Assembly: GCA_041666945.1 (NCBI GenBank)
Contig: JBAYFY010000003.1
Span: forward strand, 7,392 to 71,391
From: Candidatus Buchananbacteria bacterium
GTDB taxonomy: Bacteria; Patescibacteriota; Patescibacteriia; 2-01-FULL-39-33
Direction: 5' to 3'
Length of the DNA: 64,000 nt
This document shows, piece by piece, positions 41,581 through 50,048 of this stretch; the first letter of the stretch is position 1; each line of letters begins with the position of its first letter. The translations under genes were made by a program, and so were the position numbers. The notes beneath the pieces are model-generated. The model had not been told where the DNA came from and did not search any database. It saw only the letters and a list, made by a program, of their open reading frames with translations.

Positions 41581-41890
41581 AATTATTTCTCCTTTCCTGC
41601 GGCTGCCAGGGGGCCTAAGAGCGGCCGCGATAATTAATGTTAGATTTATATAACTATAGTCATGCCTTAATGTTATATTATTCTAACATTATTGTCAAGG
41701 GGTATTTTATTTTGGCTTAATTTAAATGAAGTTGGCCCCGCCGCCAGGCGGTCGGAGTACCCGCCTACCGGCAAGCAGGTGCGAAGGACTTCCAATAAAA
41801 AAGGACTCGGATATTTATCGCCGCAAAGCGGTAAATCTCCAAGTCCAAGTCCTATTAACATCCAAGGTGTTTATCCAGATGTTTAATGCG

Positions 41891-42886
41891 CTAACACGCC
41901 GGAGCGAAACCCACAGCCGAGCCGAAATATCTTTCCGGCGTACTGACGAATCTTTCGAAGAATCGGACTACCCATTTCGAAGAACCGAGAACGCAAAAAA
42001 AAGATGCTGACTTGCAAAAATCAATCCGCGTTTCCAGCGGCGTATCGCAAGGACGAGTGTGATTATAATTATAAGGCGAGCATTCGGTGCCGGCGCAATC
42101 AATGCCCAAACAGCCGTATTGGCTGACAAGATCAGGATGAGTCAGCAAAGCGGCGGCCATAACATAATGGCATAAACCGAATTCATTCGCTTCATCATTC
42201 GCTTCATCTTCAAAACGGCGCCGGGCATGCCGGATACTGGCTCCGCGCCATCGCATGCCGAAATTAACCGGGATCACTAAATAATCGCCGGGCAGGTATG
42301 CTTCCATCTGGCCCAGAAAACCGCGAGTCCTGGCAGTGGGACGAAAACAGCCGTCATACTCCACTTCGTCACAGCAATTGCCCTCAAGAGGCAGCGACTT
42401 CTGAAGCAACCGAAACAATTCTTTCGCCGCCTTATAATAACCGCCCAGACAGGAAAACTTCGGCACAACAAGATCAAGCTCAAGCTTCTGGGGCAACGGC
42501 CGTTCCTCAAGATGCCGGTTTCCGGTAAGGCCAAGAATATGGGAGGCGTCTAAATCCCTGGTCAAATCCAGTTGGCGCCAAAAATCAAGCTGTTCTTCCA
42601 CCGAGCGGCGCCGAAAATCACTGGGGTAGACGCGGCTTGATTCCACCCGTTCCCTGGCATAAGGCAGTTTATCGGCATTGGGATCTTCATAACGCCCCTC
42701 AATCAAATCCTGCAACGGCTTCTTAATCCGTTTAGGATCAATGGTTCCCTCTCTAATGCGACGATGCAAATCTTCCGTTTGGTCAAAAATTCTTAGCCGG
42801 GCTACTTCCCGTTCAAGATAATTAATCGTCTCGTCCGCCGCTTTCAGCCGTTGCGCTTTTTCGTCTGCGACATTTTTTTCTGTCAT
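41891..42886 (-). CDS. Unrecognised family A, long member: N-terminal coiled coil plus conserved C-terminal core (PGDYLVIPVNFGMRWRGASIRHARRR...EFGLCHY...LLTHPD...FAPAC)
   Basis: GGAG RBS 8 nt before the internal ATG (MTEKNV...). The ORF track start is 28 codons further upstream with no RBS. Paralog of 50486..51346. Confidence 0.6.
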   Translation of the reverse strand: MTEKNVADEKAQRLKAADETINYLEREVARLRIFDQTEDLHRRIREGTIDPKRIKKPLQDLIEGRYEDPNADKLPYARERVESSRVYPSDFRRRSVEEQLDFWRQLDLTRDLDASHILGLTGNRHLEERPLPQKLELDLVVPKFSCLGGYYKAAKELFRLLQKSLPLEGNCCDEVEYDGCFRPTARTRGFLGQMEAYLPGDYLVIPVNFGMRWRGASIRHARRRFEDEANDEANEFGLCHYVMAAALLTHPDLVSQYGCLGIDCAGTECSPYNYNHTRPCDTPLETRIDFCKSASFFCVLGSSKWVVRFFERFVSTPERYFGSAVGFAPAC

Positions 42887-43059
42887 GACGAATTCTCCTT
42901 TGTCAAAGTCCTTGCCCTGTTGGCACTGCGCCGCTTGGGCCAAGCGAAATCCCAACCATTGGGATATCAAATAATGATATCAGGCCAGACAAATTTTGTC
43001 AAAGACCGCGGTTTGGCGGTTTAATTGAAAAAGCGACCGTGGCCGGCCGCTTCTTCTGG

Positions 43060-46000
43060 CTAATTAATTTTTTCAATCTTTATCTTCACTTTTTCGCCAT
43101 TGATGTTAACCGGCTTGGCGTCGCTGTCCGCTTCCGCGATTTCCTGGGTGAGGGTGGATTTTTTCAGTTCTGCGTTAAGCGCCGGATCGGCCAGGACTTT
43201 TTTCACTATTTCTCCTTCGCTTTGCCAGCTTAATCTGATTCTGTCTTTAATGGTCAAGCCGGCGTCCTTGCGCAAAGTGTTGATCGTCCTGACCAATTCG
43301 CGCCAAGCGCCTTCAATTTTCAACTCATCGGTCAATTTGGTGTCCAAGTCAATTTTAATTTCCGTCCCGCCGGCAAATTCCAAATTCTTAAGGTTCAGTT
43401 TGTCTTTAATCAAATTTATGAGTTGCTGTTTATACGATTCTTCGGCTAACGCCAGACCGTAAACCGTGGCCTGATTAAGCGGCTGCCTGATTTTTATCTT
43501 GGCCTCGGCTCGGGCGGACAAACCCATCTCTTCTATGGTAGCGACTAAGCTCATTTGCTCCTTCAATTTGTTGCTGGCGTCTGTTGCTTCCCGGCTGCCG
43601 TAAAATTCCTCATCAACCTGCGGCCAGGTCTCCAAATGAACCGATTCCAGTTTGCCGCCGATCTGCTTGTAAACATATTCGGCGATAAAAGGCGTGAAAG
43701 GCGCCATGACTTTGGATAATTCCATCAGAACGAAGCGGAAGGTGGCGATGGCTTGACGCTTGTCCGTTTCATCGTCGCCTTTCAGGCGGTCGCGCGACGA
43801 TTGCAGCCAGCGAGTGGAAAATTCATCTATAAATTCGGCCAGTGGGCGGGTGGCGCGCGGCAAATCATACGCTTCCATGTTTTTGGTCACCTCCAAAATC
43901 AATAAATTCAATTTTACCAGCAGCCATTTATCCAAAATATTTACGCTGTCGGCCGCTAACGACGCCGTCGGTTCCGAGGCCTCGTACAGCTTATAAAAAC
44001 TCAAAATATTGTTCAAAAGCATAGTAACTTTCTGCATCGCTTCCTTGACGCCGTCATCGGAAAAATTCAAATTCTCCGCGGCCATGACCGGCGCGGTCAA
44101 AAGATAGAAACGCAAAGCGTCGGCGCCGTACTTGTCCATGATGATTTTAGGTTCGGTGTAGTTCAGTAAATGCTTGGACATCTTTTTGCCGTCTTCGGCC
44201 AGAACGATGCCGTTGACGATGACGTTTTTAAACGCCTCGCCGCCTCTGATGGCCGCGGCAATGATATGCAAATAATAAAACCAGGCGCGCGTCTGATCTA
44301 CGCCTTCGGCGATAAACTGCGCCGGAAAGCCGGCCAGGAATTTTTCCTGATTGGCAAACGGGTAGTGCTGTTGGGCGTAAGGCATGGAACCGGAATCAAA
44401 CCAGGTATCCAGCACATCGGGAATCCTCGTCATCTTTTGGCCGCATTTGGGGCAGACGATTTGCCATTGATCCACGAAATGTTTGTGCAAATCGGTTATT
44501 TTCTGTTTTATCTCCAGCACTTGCCCTTTATCCAAAGCTAGTTCTTTGAAAGTCCGGCTCGGCTCGTAACCGTAAAGCTTGCCCAAAAGCGACCTGATCG
44601 CATCTTCATGGCTGACTAACAGGATATTCTTGCCTTTGTGCTTCTCATTCAATTCTTGGTATAGAGCCAGCATTCTTTCGGTCACCTGCCTGACGCTTTC
44701 GCCGCCGGGATAAGCCGCATCCCAATTGTCTTTCCATTTGGCGATAAACTCCCGGGCTCCGGCATCAATATCGGATTGCTCTTCCAGTCCGCCGGCGTTG
44801 AGTTCGTTCAGGCGGGAATCAAAAACCAATTCCGCGCCCGTGGCCGCGGCAATAATTTGCGCCGTTTCCTTGGCGCGCAACACTTCGGAAGAAACAATCA
44901 GATTAATTTTTTTGTCTTGCAGTCCGCTGGCGGCCGCTTGGATTTGCTTTTGGCCGGCGGCTGTCAAAGGATGGATGTTTAAGCCGCTGCTGAACACGTG
45001 CTTGATATTTTTTTCCGCTTCGCCGTGCCTGATGGCGAAAAAATTATTCCGATCTATTTTCAATTCTTCCAGTTCGGCCACGCTGCCGATGACTTTAATC
45101 TCGCCGCACTGGCAACGCCATAAAGGAATGACGCTGGCCCAGAAACGCTGGCGGGAAATCGACCAGTCGCGCGCGCCCAAAAGCCACTTGCCGAAACGGC
45201 CTTCCTTGATATGCGCCGGCGACCAATTAATTCCCTTAGCGGTCTCTAAGGCCTTCGGCTTGATATCCGTCACCTTGACAAACCATGAATCGGTGGCGTA
45301 GTTAATGAGCGGCGTATCGCAACGCCAGCAATGCGGATAGCTGTGCTCGTATTCGGCACTGGCAAAAAGCAGATTATTTTTGTCCAAATATTCAATGACT
45401 TTTTTGTCGGTCGCTTTGGTGTCTCCTGCCGGTTTGACGTTCAGGCCGGAAAAATCCGCGACTTCATCTTTAAAATTGCCGCTGAACGTAACATTCTGGA
45501 TCATGGGCAGGTTTTTCTCTCGGCCCAGTTGCATGTCCTCTTCGCCGTAAGCCGGAGCGATATGCACTACGCCCGTGCCGTCCTCGGTGGTCACGAAATT
45601 CGCTGATACGATAGTATACAAATTATCTTTATTAGGCAGATCCTTATCTAAATAATATGGGAATAATGGTTTGTATTTTTTACCAACTAATTCTGAACCT
45701 TTAAATTCTTTTACAATTTTATATTCTTGATTACCAAAAACTTTTTCTAATAATGCTTTTGCTAAAATCAACTGGATTCCCGCCTGCGCGGGAATGACGA
45801 TGGACACATAATCAACGTCCTCACCCACTGCGAGCGCCACATTGCCGGGCAAAGTCCAAGGCGTAGTGGTCCAAGCCAAAACAAAAGTATTGTCATTAGT
45901 AACAAAATCGCCGATTTTCTGTCCCGCCGCCAATTTAAATTTAGCGGTAACCGACAAATCCTTGATATCCTTGTAGCCCTCGCTGACTTCCTGCTGGCTT

Positions 46001-46563
46001 AAAGTCGTTTCGCATCTCGGACAAATATGCATGGATTTGTAACCTTGGTAAATCAAGCCCTTGTCGTATAATTCCTTAAACACCCACCAGATTGATTCCA
46101 TGTAAGGCAAATCCATGGTTTTGTAAGAGTCGGCCATATCCGCCCAACGTCCGAAACGGGCGATGGTTTTCTTCCATTCCTCAACATAGACCAAAACTTT
46201 GCTGCGGCAATACTCATTGAATTTGCCGATGCCGTAATCCTCAATATCTTTTTTGCTTTTGAATCCCAATTCCTTCTCCACGATATTTTCAATCGGCAAG
46301 CCGTGGCAATCCCAGCCCCAGCGGCGTTCCACGTAACGACCGCGCATCGTCCAGAATCTTGGCACCGCGTCCTTCATCAAGCTGGCCACCATGTTGCCGT
46401 AGTGCGGCGTGCCCGTGGCAAAGGGCGGGCCGTCGTAAAAGCTGTGGGCCTCGCCGTCTTTTGTCTGCTCCAGCGATTTCTCAAAAATCTTGTTATCGGC
46501 CCAAAATTTTTGGATTTCCCGTTCTCTTTCCGGAATCGGATTAATCCACTTCTTTTCTTCCAT
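43060..46563 (-). CDS. ileS: Isoleucyl-tRNA synthetase carrying an inserted histidine-phosphatase (phosphoglycerate-mutase-like) domain of about 185 aa between its zinc-knuckle halves
   Basis: PHYGNM (HIGH-type), KMSKH, CP1 editing domain (TTPWTLPGNVALAV). Between CQCGEIKVIGSVAELEE and CPKCGQKMTRIPDVLDTWFDSGS lies FFAIRHGEAEKN...LLVSHEDAIRSL (RHG and SH motifs). True start is MEEKKW at 46563; the ORF-track N-terminus (MVFFCFNNFNY) translates the leader U-run. Confidence 0.9.
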   Translation of the reverse strand: MEEKKWINPIPEREREIQKFWADNKIFEKSLEQTKDGEAHSFYDGPPFATGTPHYGNMVASLMKDAVPRFWTMRGRYVERRWGWDCHGLPIENIVEKELGFKSKKDIEDYGIGKFNEYCRSKVLVYVEEWKKTIARFGRWADMADSYKTMDLPYMESIWWVFKELYDKGLIYQGYKSMHICPRCETTLSQQEVSEGYKDIKDLSVTAKFKLAAGQKIGDFVTNDNTFVLAWTTTPWTLPGNVALAVGEDVDYVSIVIPAQAGIQLILAKALLEKVFGNQEYKIVKEFKGSELVGKKYKPLFPYYLDKDLPNKDNLYTIVSANFVTTEDGTGVVHIAPAYGEEDMQLGREKNLPMIQNVTFSGNFKDEVADFSGLNVKPAGDTKATDKKVIEYLDKNNLLFASAEYEHSYPHCWRCDTPLINYATDSWFVKVTDIKPKALETAKGINWSPAHIKEGRFGKWLLGARDWSISRQRFWASVIPLWRCQCGEIKVIGSVAELEELKIDRNNFFAIRHGEAEKNIKHVFSSGLNIHPLTAAGQKQIQAAASGLQDKKINLIVSSEVLRAKETAQIIAAATGAELVFDSRLNELNAGGLEEQSDIDAGAREFIAKWKDNWDAAYPGGESVRQVTERMLALYQELNEKHKGKNILLVSHEDAIRSLLGKLYGYEPSRTFKELALDKGQVLEIKQKITDLHKHFVDQWQIVCPKCGQKMTRIPDVLDTWFDSGSMPYAQQHYPFANQEKFLAGFPAQFIAEGVDQTRAWFYYLHIIAAAIRGGEAFKNVIVNGIVLAEDGKKMSKHLLNYTEPKIIMDKYGADALRFYLLTAPVMAAENLNFSDDGVKEAMQKVTMLLNNILSFYKLYEASEPTASLAADSVNILDKWLLVKLNLLILEVTKNMEAYDLPRATRPLAEFIDEFSTRWLQSSRDRLKGDDETDKRQAIATFRFVLMELSKVMAPFTPFIAEYVYKQIGGKLESVHLETWPQVDEEFYGSREATDASNKLKEQMSLVATIEEMGLSARAEAKIKIRQPLNQATVYGLALAEESYKQQLINLIKDKLNLKNLEFAGGTEIKIDLDTKLTDELKIEGAWRELVRTINTLRKDAGLTIKDRIRLSWQSEGEIVKKVLADPALNAELKKSTLTQEIAEADSDAKPVNINGEKVKIKIEKIN

Positions 46564-46596
46564 ATAATTAAAATTATTAAAACAAAAAAACACCAA

Positions 46597-46838
46597 ACTG
46601 GTTTCTCCGGAGCCCTCGCGGGCGGTACCATCTCGGTGTTTAACTTAATTCCAGCTGTTACGGGCTGACCGGCCGGTTTTACTTTCCGCTTCAAGCGAAT
46701 TTCTTCCGGCAGCTCCAATGGTGATGACCATCGTCAAGCGCTGTTATAGTTTGTGCTTGAACTATAACACGGGCCAAGGAAAAAATCAAGTAAAATAAAA
46801 AGACGCTTTTAACTTAAAGCGCCTTTTGCCGGAATGAA
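46597..46838 (-). ncRNA. Candidate T-box riboswitch leader for ileS
   Basis: Leader of about 275 nt. Minus-strand RNA contains AAUUAAGUUAAACACCGAGAUGGUACCGCC (compare the T-box consensus AAUUAGGGUGGUACCGCG, with UGGU able to pair with the tRNA ACCA end), then GGUGUUUUUUU completing an AAACACC...GGUGUUU terminator-like helix about 25 nt before the ATG. AUCA (Ile codon plus purine) sits in an upstream hairpin. Confidence 0.4.
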
Positions 46839-47036
46839 TTATTCCTGCCAAGAAATCGCCTGTGTCGGGCAAGCGCCGATGGCTTCGTCAATCTTGGCTT
46901 TTTCCGCTTCATAATCGGCTTCTAATACGGTAGCGATCATCTTGCCTTCAACTTCCGCCACTTTAAAAACTGCCGGGCAAATGGCTTCGCAAGTGCCGCA
47001 AGCGATGCACGCTTCGCTGACTGATGGTTTTGACAT
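46839..47036 (-). CDS. Small 2x[4Fe-4S]/[3Fe-4S]-type ferredoxin
   Basis: 65 aa. CIACGTCEAICP ... IGACPTQAI. Confidence 0.65.
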   Translation of the reverse strand: MSKPSVSEACIACGTCEAICPAVFKVAEVEGKMIATVLEADYEAEKAKIDEAIGACPTQAISWQE

Positions 47037-47046
47037 AGTAATTTTA

Positions 47047-47430
47047 TTATTTATTTTTGATGATCTCCTTGACTTTTTGCGACAAGGTCCCGGGAGTAAA
47101 ATCTGATTTGATCAGATAGCCGTTGACTTTCAACCCGGTCGCGCGTTCTTTATCTTTCTTCTGCGTCAAATTGCTCCAAATATAAACCTTGAGTTTGGCC
47201 AGTTCTTTGTCTTTTTTGATTTGTCCGAACAAATTCCAACCGTCCAATTCCGGCATCATAATATCCAACAAAACCAAATCCGGTTTGAACCGCTTAAGCT
47301 CCGTCAAGGCCTTGGTGCTGTCGCCGATAATAACCGTATCAATGCCTTCCATTTGCATCTTCATGCGATAAATCTCGGCTAAATCCGGCTCGTCTTCAAT
47401 GAGCGCGACTTTGTATTTTAATTCCGTCAT
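47047..47430 (-). CDS. Stand-alone CheY-like response-regulator receiver protein
   Basis: 127 aa. VALIEDEPDL, LVLLDIMMPELDGW (phospho-acceptor Asp), KVYIWSNL... (T/S and K positions). No output domain. Confidence 0.75.
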   Translation of the reverse strand: MTELKYKVALIEDEPDLAEIYRMKMQMEGIDTVIIGDSTKALTELKRFKPDLVLLDIMMPELDGWNLFGQIKKDKELAKLKVYIWSNLTQKKDKERATGLKVNGYLIKSDFTPGTLSQKVKEIIKNK

Positions 47431-47474
47431 AAAATTAACTTTTGACTTTATGGACTTTTGACTTACTTATTATA

Positions 47475-49199
47475 CTACATTCGCTCCAAAGTTTCTATGC
47501 CCAAAATGTTCAAACCGTTGACCAGAACCTGCTTCACGCCGCCGATTAACGCCAAACGAGCCAGACGCAAATTCTCTTCCGAGTTCAATACTGGCACTTC
47601 CTGGTAATAACCGGCAAAAATTTTGGCGGTCTCAAACAAATATTTGCTTAAAACGCTGGGTTCAAATTCCCGCGCCGCTTCGCTTATCGTCTGCGGGAAT
47701 TGCGCCAGCTTTAACAACAGTTCTTTTTCCGCGCGCTCCTTTAACAACGAATAATCGGGGGCTTTGATCGCTAAGTCGTTTTTTCTTAAAATACTGTTGA
47801 TGCGGGTTACGGTATACTGCAAGTAGGGCCCGGAATAACCGTCAAAAGACAGGGCTTCGCTCGGATCAAAAACAATAACGCTATTTTTGCCCACTCTAAG
47901 CATGGAAAATTTGATAGCGGCCAAAGCGATTTTCTCCGCGGTTTCCGCCACTTCTTTCTCGCTCCAATCCTTATGGCGCTTGCCGGTTTCTTGGGAGGCC
48001 AAAGCGGTCATTTCGCGCAAAAAATCCTCAAACAAGACAACGTTGCCCTGGCGCGAAGACATGGCGCCTGCCGGCAAGGTAACGAATTCGTAAGCGATGT
48101 GCTTGACCTTCTTTTTAAAACCCATGATCTCCAAGGTTTTGAAAAATTGCTGGAAGTAAAAGCTCTGGCGGCTGTCCACCACCACATAAGAAGCGTCAAT
48201 TTTATATTTATCAAATTTCAGTTTGGCTAAAGCCAATTCCTTGGTGGAATAAAGCGAGGTGCCGTCGGACTTGAGCAATAAAAATTGCTTCAGGCCGTAT
48301 TGTTCCAAATCAATAATCACCGCGCCTTCGGATTTTTTGGCCACGCCTTGGGCCAATAATTCTTCCACGATTTTCTTGCCCGGTTTTTCCACTTCGCTCT
48401 CATAAAAAACCTTGTCAAACTTGACGCCTAAAATTTTGTAGATGCCGTTAAACTCTTCTAATGACCAAGTCCGCGTCTTTTTCCATAAGTTGGTCCAGTA
48501 TTTGTCGCCGGCTTCCAATTTATTCTGAACTTCTTGCGCTTCCTTTTTGTACTCCTCGTTCTCTTCCGCTTTTTGTACCGCTTCCGTATAGATCTTACCC
48601 AAATATTGGCCCTTGTGGCTGGCTGGTTCCGGTTCTCCTTGATGGAATTTATTCAGCGCCCATAGGCATTTGGCCACATGGCTGCCGATGTCTCCGATAT
48701 AATTGGCGGCAATGACTTTCTGCCCGGCCAAACGGTAAAGATTGACCAAAGCCGAGCCCAAAACCGCGTTGCGCAAATGGCCGACATGGAATTCTTTATG
48801 GGTATTGGGCTGGGAATATTCAATCATCACTTTTTCCTTCTCCCCAGCCAATCGGCCGTATTTTTCCTGTTTTTTGCCGATATCAGTTAACAAACCCTTG
48901 GCCAAATATTTTTCTTTAAGAAAAAAATTCAAATACGGGCCGAAATTCTGCGCCGATTTGACGCCGGCCGGCAATTTGATTTTATTCTTGATTTCCAAAG
49001 CCACTTGATTGGGCGAGATGCGCAAAAGCTTAGTCAAATAAAAACACGGTACGGCCCAGTCGCCCAGGGACGCTTCCGGCGGACGGGTAATCTCCAACTG
49101 GCTGATATCGATTTCCTGACCGACGGCTTTTTCAACGGCGGACAAGATTTCCTTTTGCAATTTGTCTATGAAATACGGCATAGTCAATGGCTTTACCAT
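47475..49199 (-). CDS. argS: Arginyl-tRNA synthetase (start ambiguous: 49256, 49199 or 49181)
   Basis: HVGHLRNAVLG (HIGH), GDIGSHVAKC, anticodon-binding DALR-type C-terminal domain. Confidence 0.85.
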   Translation of the reverse strand: MVKPLTMPYFIDKLQKEILSAVEKAVGQEIDISQLEITRPPEASLGDWAVPCFYLTKLLRISPNQVALEIKNKIKLPAGVKSAQNFGPYLNFFLKEKYLAKGLLTDIGKKQEKYGRLAGEKEKVMIEYSQPNTHKEFHVGHLRNAVLGSALVNLYRLAGQKVIAANYIGDIGSHVAKCLWALNKFHQGEPEPASHKGQYLGKIYTEAVQKAEENEEYKKEAQEVQNKLEAGDKYWTNLWKKTRTWSLEEFNGIYKILGVKFDKVFYESEVEKPGKKIVEELLAQGVAKKSEGAVIIDLEQYGLKQFLLLKSDGTSLYSTKELALAKLKFDKYKIDASYVVVDSRQSFYFQQFFKTLEIMGFKKKVKHIAYEFVTLPAGAMSSRQGNVVLFEDFLREMTALASQETGKRHKDWSEKEVAETAEKIALAAIKFSMLRVGKNSVIVFDPSEALSFDGYSGPYLQYTVTRINSILRKNDLAIKAPDYSLLKERAEKELLLKLAQFPQTISEAAREFEPSVLSKYLFETAKIFAGYYQEVPVLNSEENLRLARLALIGGVKQVLVNGLNILGIETLERM

Positions 49200-49304
49200 A
49201 TCACAAAAAAGCAAAAATGGCAATGAAAAAGGCACTGATTTGTTCAGTGCCGGCAAAGTGCCAAAAATTATTCCGTCGCTTTTTTATTCGCGGCCCGGTA
49301 AGCG

Positions 49305-50048
49305 CTAATCGGTTAGGGGCGATTCCAACACATCAAGAATTTCCAAAATTCTCAAACCGATTCGTTCGCTTCGGCATTGGCCAAGCCACAACCTGATCGC
49401 GGCTACGCCGAGCAAGAGCTCTATTTGCGACTTAGCGTCTTTTACAAAAATGAATTTATCCGTCGAAGGAGCGGCGAAATCCGGAGTTAAACCGGGTAGC
49501 GGAATACATTCGGGGATTATTTTTTCTTCTTCTTTGCAACCGAATGAAAAATGGTGTGACAGGGGCAAGAACCATTTTGTGCCGCCAATCAGCAATCCAC
49601 CCGGACACAAACAGCCGATCTTGATCTGGTAAACGAAAACCTCGGGCCAACGCAACGGGTTGGGAGAACACATGGAATCAAAAAACATACCGCCGTCAAA
49701 ATTAAAACGGCCCAAAAATGAACCGGGATTTTCTTCAATGCCGGTTTGCGCCAACATTACCGGTTGGCAGTCATGCTCTTTAAGACGTCTTTCCAACTGG
49801 AGCAAAGAATGTTCAAGTTCTCCGCCGTCATGGCGCCAAGCAATAAGATCTTTTTGAGTAACCATGAAATCCAAAATTCTGTCACCCAAGGTTTCGCCGG
49901 CTCTAACGCGTTGAGTCAGCTGTTCGCCCAGCTCCCGTTGAATCTTGCGAAAGCCGTCAATACGGAATTGCAAGTTTCTGACATACCGGTCGTGCCTTTC
50001 AATTTCCGTCAATAAATCCTTTACGTCCCGGACTGGATTGGTATCCAT
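49305..50048 (-). CDS. Hypothetical protein (247 aa) downstream of the family-A paralog. Helical N-terminal half, Cys-containing C-terminal half.
   Basis: AAGGAG RBS immediately upstream of the ATG. Two 14-bp direct repeats (TCTGAACAACTTAC) abut the RBS. Confidence 0.5.
   Translation of the reverse strand: MDTNPVRDVKDLLTEIERHDRYVRNLQFRIDGFRKIQRELGEQLTQRVRAGETLGDRILDFMVTQKDLIAWRHDGGELEHSLLQLERRLKEHDCQPVMLAQTGIEENPGSFLGRFNFDGGMFFDSMCSPNPLRWPEVFVYQIKIGCLCPGGLLIGGTKWFLPLSHHFSFGCKEEEKIIPECIPLPGLTPDFAAPSTDKFIFVKDAKSQIELLLGVAAIRLWLGQCRSERIGLRILEILDVLESPLTD

Noticed and set aside
41692-42010. Two overlapping plus-strand ORFs (64 and 94 aa) in the 41.6-41.9-kb spacer.
   Set aside because: No RBS. 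They overlap the 3' end of the minus-strand family-A gene and a hairpin-rich region. More likely non-coding.
41891-42886. Assignment of the family-A core to the FGE-sulfatase (formylglycine-generating enzyme) fold, based on an RxxRGGSW...R.A.R-like pattern.
   Set aside because: Only a short, imperfect resemblance (RWRGASIRHARRR). The conserved GNVWEW block of FGE is absent. Left as an unknown family.
45773-45803. Interpretation of the ileS palindrome as a recent in-frame insertion of the intergenic repeat element.
   Set aside because: The encoded peptide aligns with native CP1-domain sequence of other IleRS. The direction of transfer cannot be decided from this window. It is reported as a shared-sequence observation only.
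46564-46596. ORF-track N-terminal extension of ileS (MVFFCFNNFNY).
   Set aside because: It translates the poly-U tract of the leader. IleRS homology begins at MEEKKW (ATG at 46563).
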